From: Octopus sinensis
Lineage: Eukaryota
Direction: 5' to 3'
Assembly: GCF_006345805.1 (NCBI RefSeq)
Contig: NW_021825304.1
Coordinates: 1 to 15,966 of the forward strand
DNA: 15,966 nucleotides
This document shows, one piece after another, positions 9,565 to 15,966 of this stretch. Position 1 is the stretch's first letter. Every line of letters starts with the position of its first letter. The notes below the pieces were generated by a model that saw only the letters and a program-made list of their open reading frames with translations, made no database searches and was not told the DNA's origin. The translations under genes were made by a program, and so were the position numbers.

Positions 9565-10030
9565 TGAGCAAAATGCCCCCCCCCCGACCAATGGATGGTG
9601 CTGAGTTGTCAAATATTTAAACAGAATTTTCTCAAAACAACTTGTCCGACCGTCCCATAGGCCTCCCCTTTGAGAAACACTGATTTAACCTAAATTTGAG
9701 ACAGCAGAAAAAGAAGAAATAAAGATGGACTTTTTTCTACTCCAAAGAAAAACGATTTTATTCACACAAATATACAACCGAAGAGTTTAAAGTGCCAGTA
9801 AGAACATCGCAACAGCTGATGTACTTGCGTGTACAAATACACGTTCCCGCGGCTTTATCGATCGCATTCTCACCTGGAATCGATTTTTGTAATTTTTTCA
9901 AGACTTATACGCGCCCTGATACCGTCGGTATCTACATATCAAATTTGAGCGCAATCGGATGGAGGATGCCCGAGATCCTAGAAGACACACACACACACAG
10001 AGACAGACAGAATGGATTTTATATAATAGA
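9565..10030 (-). mobile_element. Non-autonomous Helitron-like element, copy 1, in the gsc homeobox intron
   Basis: The minus strand reads a|TCTATTATATAAAA...catccattggtcggggggggggcattttgCTCA|t. The first ~205 bp differ from copy 2 by about 12 substitutions plus a (TG)n length change (manual alignment). Confidence 0.75.
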
Positions 10031-10125
10031 TATTTTCAAATAAAATTTAAGAACTGATAACTTTGTTTTTATACAGATAATAGCATTAGTCATTAGTCTT
10101 TTTTTTTATGCAAGCTGTAATATTA

Positions 10126-10264
10126 GTTTCAAATTTTGACTTGAAGGCCAGTAATTTCGAGGAGGATGCAAGCTCGATTGCATCGAACCCAGTGCTCAAC
10201 TGGTACATATTTTATAAACCCCGAAAGGATGAAAAGCAAAGTCGGCCTCAGCGGAATTTGAACT
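10126..10264 (-). mobile_element. SINE family C, 5'-truncated, tail type A, in the gsc homeobox intron
   Basis: tttcaaattttgacttgaaggccagtaattt...ccccgaaaggatgaaaagcaaagtcggcctcagcggaatttgaact aligns with 10714-10830 and with about 10960-11020. Confidence 0.8.
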
Positions 10265-10405
10265 GGTGTTGCTTAAGAGATATTTGTAGTCGAACACTAT
10301 TATTTGATCGTTTTGAAATTTTAAATGAGAAAATGAAAAAAGAGAAAGAATAAGATAAAAGTGGGGAGGGAACAGGAAGATTAGTAGAGATAAAACGCAG
10401 CTTAC

Positions 10406-10614
10406 TTCAATTCGTTCTTCCTTGAGTTCAACTTCCATAGCAAGCTTCTCCCTGAGTAAAACATCAGGATAATGTGTCGTCTGAAAGGTCGCTTCTAACT
10501 GTTCCAGTTGTTCTTCAGTAAATATAGTCCGATGGCGGCGCTTCCGTTTGGCTGTTAAAGGAATTTGGTCAGAACTATGGCAGCTTTGTACATTTGGTAA
10601 AAGTACTGGATATG
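10406..10614 (-). CDS. gsc: Goosecoid homeobox gene, internal coding exon (homeodomain residues 1-46)
   Basis: The minus strand reads (x)[95 protein letters not shown] is the Gsc signature as I recall it from protostome Gsc. The acceptor is ttttgtag (AG at 10616-10615, phase 1) and the donor is GAA|gtaagc (GT at 10405-10404, phase 0). Length is 209 nt = 2 nt + 69 codons. Confidence 0.95.
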
Positions 10615-10713
10615 CTACAAAATATGTAAAATGAAGAAATGCTATAATTTGACGTTATATTCTTTCAGACACAAAACTTCCACATTTCATACATAGGGTC
10701 TGTATTAATATTC

Positions 10714-10860
10714 GTTTCAAATTTTGACACAAGGCCAGTAATTTTGGGGGTGGGGTTAAGTCGATCTCATCCACGCCAAAGTTCAACTGGTATTTATTTT
10801 ATCGACCCCGAAAGGATGAAAGGCAAAATCGATCCCGGATGTGAGGACAGACGAAATACC
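10714..10860 (-). mobile_element. SINE family C, 5'-truncated, tail type A, fused in tandem to 10861-11093
   Basis: Plus-strand tttcaaattttgacacaaggccagtaatttt...ttttatcgaccccgaaaggatgaaaggcaaa has the same central domain and the same tail as 10126-10264. Confidence 0.8.
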
Positions 10861-11093
10861 TATTTCTTTACTACCCACAAGGGGCTAAACACAGAGAGGA
10901 CAAACAAGGACAGACAAACGGATTAAGTCGATTATATCAACCCCAGTGCGTAACTAGTACTTATTTTAATCGACCCTGAAAGGATGAACGGCTATGTCGA
11001 CTTCGGCGGAATTTGAACTCAGAACGTAACGGCAGACGAAATACCGCTAAGCATTTTGCCCGGCGTGCTAACGATTCCGCCAGCTCACCGCCT
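10861..11093 (-). mobile_element. tRNA-derived SINE, family C (Nin/Deu-domain-like), full length, tail type B
   Basis: The reverse complement starts aggcggtgagctggcggaatcgttagcacgccgggc and contains gttctgagttcaaattccgccgaagtcgac..cctttcagggtcgattaaaataagtac, which resembles the Nin/Deu central domain (from memory). Confidence 0.8.
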
Positions 11094-11261
11094 AAGGACA
11101 ATATTGATATTGTGCAACAGAATCTTTCGCAAAAGCACCGAAGTTAAACCTGAATTTTAAAATTTCGTTACTGTATACTTAGTAGTTTACCTGCTGTACT
11201 TCGGGTTTCACCACGCACTAGAACAAATGCGCAATATGGATTTCTTACGTTCATCATTACT

Positions 11262-11352
11262 TAAAATAAGTACCAGAGTTTGACCAAAACCTTTCAAAGC
11301 GGTGCTCCTGCATGGCCGCAGTGCAATGACTCGAAGAAGTAAAAGATAAAAG
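11262..11352 (+). mobile_element. SINE family B, 3' tail fragment
   Basis: aataagtaccag...aaagcggtgctcctgcatggccgcagtgcaatgactcgaagaagtaaaagataaaag matches the family B tail. Confidence 0.7.
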
Positions 11353-11839
11353 AGGGTCAAAACAATAGGGTACAATGATCCAGCCCACATGACTGCAAGT
11401 GGGTACCACAAAGAAAAATCACTTTAATTTTTATATGCTAGACAAGGGACATTATATAACTGGTATTCTGTTAATTTTTGCATCTATACACAATTCTTCA
11501 TTCCAATTGACTCCGCATTTGCCTCTCTTTTATATCATTTTATTATATCTCGGGACGGTGATTGTGTCAGTCATTGATGAGGTCGCGTATTACAGCGAAA
11601 GAAGCTTAAAAAACCTAAACGATTAAGCGAACGGTCGATTAATCGACAAATAGATAATAAATAAGTGAAATAGAACCAGTGCATGTATTTATGATTGGCA
11701 ATCTCCCGAGATACAACAAAATTTGCTTTAATTTACGAGTTCCAATCATCGAGAAACTCGCAAACCAATTACGAAACTCATTTATTATTTCTAGTTTTCT
11801 AATCATTGTACAGTGGCCATATTAGAACATCATCGCCAA

Positions 11840-12020
11840 AGATGAGGTCGATTGGATCAGCTTCTCTAGTACTTGACCGGTACGTATTTTATTGAGATTA
11901 GAATGATGAGAGATATAGACGACTTGGTCAGGATTCGAAATTAGAACGTAACGGCATGATGCTAAACGAAAACAAAATACTAATAAACACTCTTGTCCAA
12001 CATTCTAGCAAATCTGCCAT
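11840..12020 (-). mobile_element. Old, degenerate SINE family C copy
   Basis: Residual motifs gtcgatt..atc, ggtac.tatttt and gattcgaaattagaacgtaacggca occur in the same order as in 10861-11093. Confidence 0.5.
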
Positions 12021-12304
12021 ACGTAGAAATAGAAGCTATGAACGTATTCATCACAAAGTCCAGTTCTTGTTGCAGTGTGGGGATGGTTTGTCTGTTTGAT
12101 CCTGTAAGTTATGCCAGCGGAGTGCAAGTTTCTGGTGGGGCCTACCATATGGGATAAGTGAAAGGATAGGGGCTAGGCTAATATGTATCAGCTTTTTTCC
12201 AGCACCAACGTAGAAAACATGTTGAAGAAGCATCGATGACAATTCTCAACAAATCAGACATGGGAGGGGAATTTTTTTCCTTCAGTGAAACATGACACGG
12301 TGCG

Positions 12305-12549
12305 GTAAAATCCAAAAGGAGGAAACCGACATCTTGCATTACACGCCAAGCCCTGACCTGAAACCCACAAGAGGAGGTGGGTCAAAAGAAAGGATACGCT
12401 GAAAAAACTGGAAGCGATATACGGGAGCAGAGCTGGTAAAGCTAGAATCTTAACGGAGAGCAGTAGAAAAGACAGCCCAGAATTCAGAACAATAGGGAAA
12501 AGTCGTCGACAGCCTATGATCCATAGCGAGAAAAAGGCTTAAGTAAGTG
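12305..12549 (+). mobile_element. RTE-clade LINE, degenerate 3' end
   Basis: The disrupted translation RRKPTSCITRQALT*NPQ...EKTAQN.EQ*GKVVDSL*SIARKRLK resembles the RTE ORF C-terminus (ITRQALTWNPQG...LAQDR..WR.LV.GLCS). It ends in a short taagtaagt tail. Confidence 0.7.
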
Positions 12550-12619
12550 AATGAACAAATGGTTTATGATATTTACTTTCCCATCTTGAGTCAACGGAGA
12601 AATATCTAGGAGAGCGTCT

Positions 12620-12803
12620 CACCTACCAGAAATAGCAACTATTTCTTCTTAAATCACACTTTACTGTTCTGAAGAGACTAAGGACACATTGAGCAATATA
12701 CTCCAAAATGTGCAAAAGCACCGGGATGATTGTGACTGGAGCACTTCTGGTGATAAAATCACTTATTTAACTGTGGCTTACCTGAGGCTAAACAACAACA
12801 GCA
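12620..12803 (+). mobile_element. Retroposon 3' tail (family D), diverged
   Basis: gaaatagcaactatttcttcttaaatcacac...aaggacacatt...gggatg...gaggctaaacaacaacagc has the same motif order as the reverse complement of 8317-8578. Confidence 0.6.
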
Positions 12804-12995
12804 AATATCAAAAATACTAACATGCACCCCTTCCCCTCCAGTACCGTCTCTTCATCTTCGTATAAACAATATTTGTCTTTGTAAATCCGACATTTCTGCC
12901 AACAAATCTTAATTCATTTAAGAGCTTGTGATTATAACTGTAGTTTTCAGATGAGTTTTAATTAAACAAATTATAACTCGCACACAATTTTGATG

Positions 12996-13028
<33 letters not shown>
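12996..13028. repeat. (AAT)n microsatellite
   Basis: Directly visible. Confidence 0.95.
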
Positions 13029-13032
<4 letters not shown>

Positions 13033-13545
13033 TTATTATTATTGTTGTTGTCGTTATTATCATTACCAGAAAATGAAGAAGAAGAAGAAATTTTTACTGC
13101 TTGTTTCAGTTTTGTGCAAATAAATACATTTTAATTAAGAATTAATTAACTTAAAACGATCAGTGGAGAAATTAGTTTTTGAAACCCAGAGAAACGACGA
13201 AAACATTCAAAATTAATAACTAATATTTCAAATTATTGGGAAAGAGAGAAAGAAGGAATAAAGCGATAGAACAGAAACCTATGGAATGAGAAAGAGCCAG
13301 AGGGAGGGAGGGAGGGAGACAGAGGCAGAAAAGGAAAAGAAGAGCAAGAAGAAATGAAGACAAAATAATTTTGTCTGAATTTATTAGTGAAGCAAATCTT
13401 GTGACGAAGGCGATAAATCGAATCTGGTAGTATGATAATCAAACAACTTAGAGGATCTGTGTAATTAATTTGAGGAAATATTTTCTTGAAAAACACGAAT
13501 CATAATTAATCAAGAATCATATTTCGAACGAAAGAAGCTTGTTGA

Positions 13546-14567
13546 ATGCAAATTAAAAATAGTCATAAATTTAATTCAATTCTGCAAGCAATGGCAAATT
13601 CTTTCTCCATCTTATTGATGTTACGTACGTAACAACAAAAACCCCCAAAAGAAAACAAAAAAGTAAAGCAAAAACAAAAAACGAAAGACAAAATAAACTA
13701 AAAGCAATTACTAAAACAAATACAAGAACAACAAAAACAGAAAAAAATCATGGTTGTCGTCGTCGTCATGTCGACATCATCATCATCAGCGACAAAGGTT
13801 TCTTTACTGGTGTTGTTATGCATATATACATCCGTACACCATATATATATATATATATATCAGAGGCGACGCTAGGTTGTCCGCGTCACTCGGGCACAGA
13901 TTTCGACTAAGACACATGCCTGCTCCAAGAATTTAACGTTTTTCCGCAAAATTTCTAGCCCCAGATGGTTTATTTTTATATATCTAGCATTATGTCTTTC
14001 TCCATTTCTTAGTTAAGGGTGAAAATAAAGCAACCCTGCAAAACACAACTGATCTTTACACACAGATGCACAGAACAACAGCAATCAAATACCTACAGCG
14101 GAGTGCACAACAAACATAAACGATCTGTCACCTGTACTCTTGATAAAAGATGCCAGTTAATATTTTTACACCTACCAGGTTCGTTCGTATTAGACCGAGT
14201 TACTGGATAATTTTTCGATACTTTAAGAATATTGTAGAACGTTTTCATAGATTGGAATTTAAATCCTAATCTCTATAGAAATTTATTGTTTGAAGAAAAC
14301 ATTGAATTTGCATTACCTTTAATTTGTACGATTATAGATAACAACAGGGGCTGTAACTTCTGAGCCCGAGTCAGGCGCGTGTGAACGATGTCGAGAGACC
14401 GTCTGCAACGAATGATATATTTTGACATAGGGCACCTCTAGGACGATCGCCAGACACTGAACGAAATTAAATGAATTGCGACCAGGCTCAATAAAAGAAG
14501 CCCGAGTTATTGGCTGCAATTATATACTTGAAGTCAGTGTTGGCAGAAACTAAATCAGCATGCAAAT
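13546..14567. promoter_or_regulatory. Candidate gsc cis-regulatory region with three perfect octamer (ATGCAAAT) sites
   Basis: ATGCAAAT at 13546-13553 and 14560-14567, ATTTGCAT at 14306-14313, and a CCAAT-type motif near 14510. No SINE was recognised in this stretch. Function is not shown. Confidence 0.3.
14317..14428 (-). CDS. Speculative upstream coding exon in a phase compatible with gsc exon 10614
   Basis: An ATG at 14428-14426 opens MSKYIIRCRRSLDIVHTRLTRAQKLQPLLLSIIVQIK + g and ends at a good donor AAG|gtaatg in phase 1, matching the phase-1 acceptor at 10614. The peptide has no eh1 motif or other Gsc likeness, so it may be chance. Confidence 0.15.
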
Positions 14568-14639
14568 ACACGTTCATTTTAAGTTTAACATCGGACTAAG
14601 CTCGGAATGCTCGAGTGCCGGAGTTGCCACTGATATATA

Positions 14640-15228
14640 TCTATTATATAAAATCCGTTCTGTCTGTCTTTGTGTGTGTCTTCTAGGATCTCGGGCATCC
14701 TCCATCCGATTGCGCTCTAATTTGATATGTAGATACCGACGGTATCAGGGCGAGTATAAGTCTTGAAAACATTACAAAAATCGATTCCAGGTGAGAACGC
14801 GATCGATAAAGCCGTGGGAACGGGAATTTTTACGCGTAAGTACATTTGTACGCGTAAGTACAGTTGTACGCGCAAGTACAGTTGTACGCGCAAGTACATT
14901 TGTACGCGCAAGTACATTTGTACGCGAGAAAAACGCACCTGCAGTTTGCACAAAAAAGCCGGCTGGCTTGAAATAATGTCACAAAATGCAGAATATTTAA
15001 GAGACCAAAAAGTAAGGTGCAAAAGAGATATTTTCTTCAAACTTGGCATGAAGGAAGGAAAGACTATTTGATTTCTCAAGAAGTTTTTTTTTTTTTTTGC
15101 CTTAAGTTCGTTTAACAAAACCAAAAATTTAATTGAAATAAAGGCATGCTTAATTATTTTTTAATGAAAAGAAAACACTGATTGCTTTTTATTCAGCAGA
15201 GTCCATTGGACGGGGGGCGTTTTGCTCG
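14640..15228 (+). mobile_element. Non-autonomous Helitron-like element, copy 2
   Basis: The 5' end is a|TCTATTATATAAAA followed by a gtct/gt microsatellite. The 3' end is gtccattggacggggggcgttttgCTCG|t. It is inserted at an A|T inside an (AT)n tract with no TSD, and both termini are shared with 9565-10030. Confidence 0.75.
14831..14926 (+). repeat. 18-bp tandem repeat, 5.3 units (tacgcgyaagtacakttg), inside the Helitron-like element
   Basis: Units start at 14831, 14849, 14867, 14885 and 14903, with a partial unit at 14921. Confidence 0.95.
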
Positions 15229-15555
15229 TATATATATATATATATATATATGTAAAAAAATACAATCTGGGACAAGAACGCAAAACATTTAGAAGACGAT
15301 ACAAAATACACGGACGGGACATTCGAAGCCTTCAATCTTCAGTCAGATATAGGTGTGTGTGTGTGTGTGTGTGTGAATAGATGCACACACTTTGGTGTAT
15401 GCATCGACAGTTCAACCTATACAGCAACTCAACAGCATATTTCCAAACACCTGGAACTCTCTTATCTCGAAACGTCTTGTCGCTTCGTTAGCGACCGGCT
15501 TGAACCCTCTTAAACAGAGCTTAAATAAAACACGTAGAAAAGTCATACATGCGTA

Positions 15556-15756
15556 TATCTTTTATCAGTAACTAAGCTGTGGCCATGCTGGGGCACCTCT
15601 TTCAATGGTCCAGTCGAACAAATGGACTCCAGTATTGACTGGTAATTATTTAATCGCAGTCTTTTTGCCGAAACGTTAAGTCGCGGGAACGTAAATAAAC
15701 CAACACTCGTTGAGAAGCAGCGGTGGATCACAAATACAAATACAGAAATAAACACA
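15556..15756 (-). mobile_element. SINE family B, 3' half
   Basis: Plus-strand tgtggccatgctggggcacc...ctttttgccgaaacgttaagtcgcgggaacgtaaa is the reverse complement of the family B body and tail at about 2240-2444. Confidence 0.75.
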
Positions 15757-15874
15757 TAGGGAAGAGCTGTAAGTGAATTCTAGGGTGTCCTTGTCATGTT
15801 CTGCCAATTCGTTTTAAGAAATTCCTTTCGTAATTTTTTTGTTTCGTCAGTCAATCTACCATTCATTTTGTATG

Positions 15875-15904
15875 CCTGTATATATGTATGTATATGTGTG
15901 TACG

Positions 15905-15937
<33 letters not shown>

Positions 15938-15966
15938 ATGTATATATATGTGTGTGTGTATGTATA
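15875..15966. repeat. Mixed (TA)/(TG) microsatellite running off the window end
   Basis: Directly visible. Confidence 0.9.

Noticed and set aside
10196-10438. Track [22 protein letters not shown]...
   Set aside because: This is the end of the gsc homeobox exon read through the splice donor into the intron.
12051-12242. 63-aa minus-strand ORF as a candidate gsc upstream exon
   Set aside because: It has no eh1 or Gsc similarity, ends in a stop rather than a phase-1 donor, and is wedged between decayed retroelements.
14831-14926. Regular short repeats suggestive of a CRISPR array; repetitive ORFs TRKYIC / YLRVQM
   Set aside because: The units are contiguous with no unique spacers, the context is eukaryotic, and the ORFs are by-products of an 18-bp (in-frame) tandem repeat inside a transposon.
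15260-15500. Possible hammerhead or Penelope-like fragments (ctgaagattgaaggcttcgaa on the minus strand; ctcgaaacgtc on the plus strand)
   Set aside because: Neither has a complete CTGANGA...GAAA core with pairing stems.

Overview
AT-rich, microsatellite-dense eukaryotic DNA. The SINE and simple-repeat landscape resembles an octopus (coleoid cephalopod) genome, which is my recognition and not a database result. The one well-supported gene is a goosecoid (Gsc) K50 PRD-class homeobox gene on the minus strand. Two coding exons were found by hand and are not in the supplied ORF track: 10614-10406 and 8998-8768, split by the canonical PRD-class intron between homeodomain residues 46 and 47. The expected 5' exon with the eh1 motif was not found in the remaining 5.3 kb upstream. 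The rest is transposon-derived or simple repeat: at least three tRNA-derived SINE families plus a retroposon-tail family, RTE and CR1/L2 LINE 3' remnants, and two inverted copies of a non-autonomous Helitron-like element with an unusual CTCR 3' end flanking the homeobox exon. Other structures include a 156-bp near-perfect palindrome, a degenerate hammerhead-like motif and a cluster of three octamer sites. Nearly all ORFs in the supplied track are artefacts of microsatellites or SINEs.
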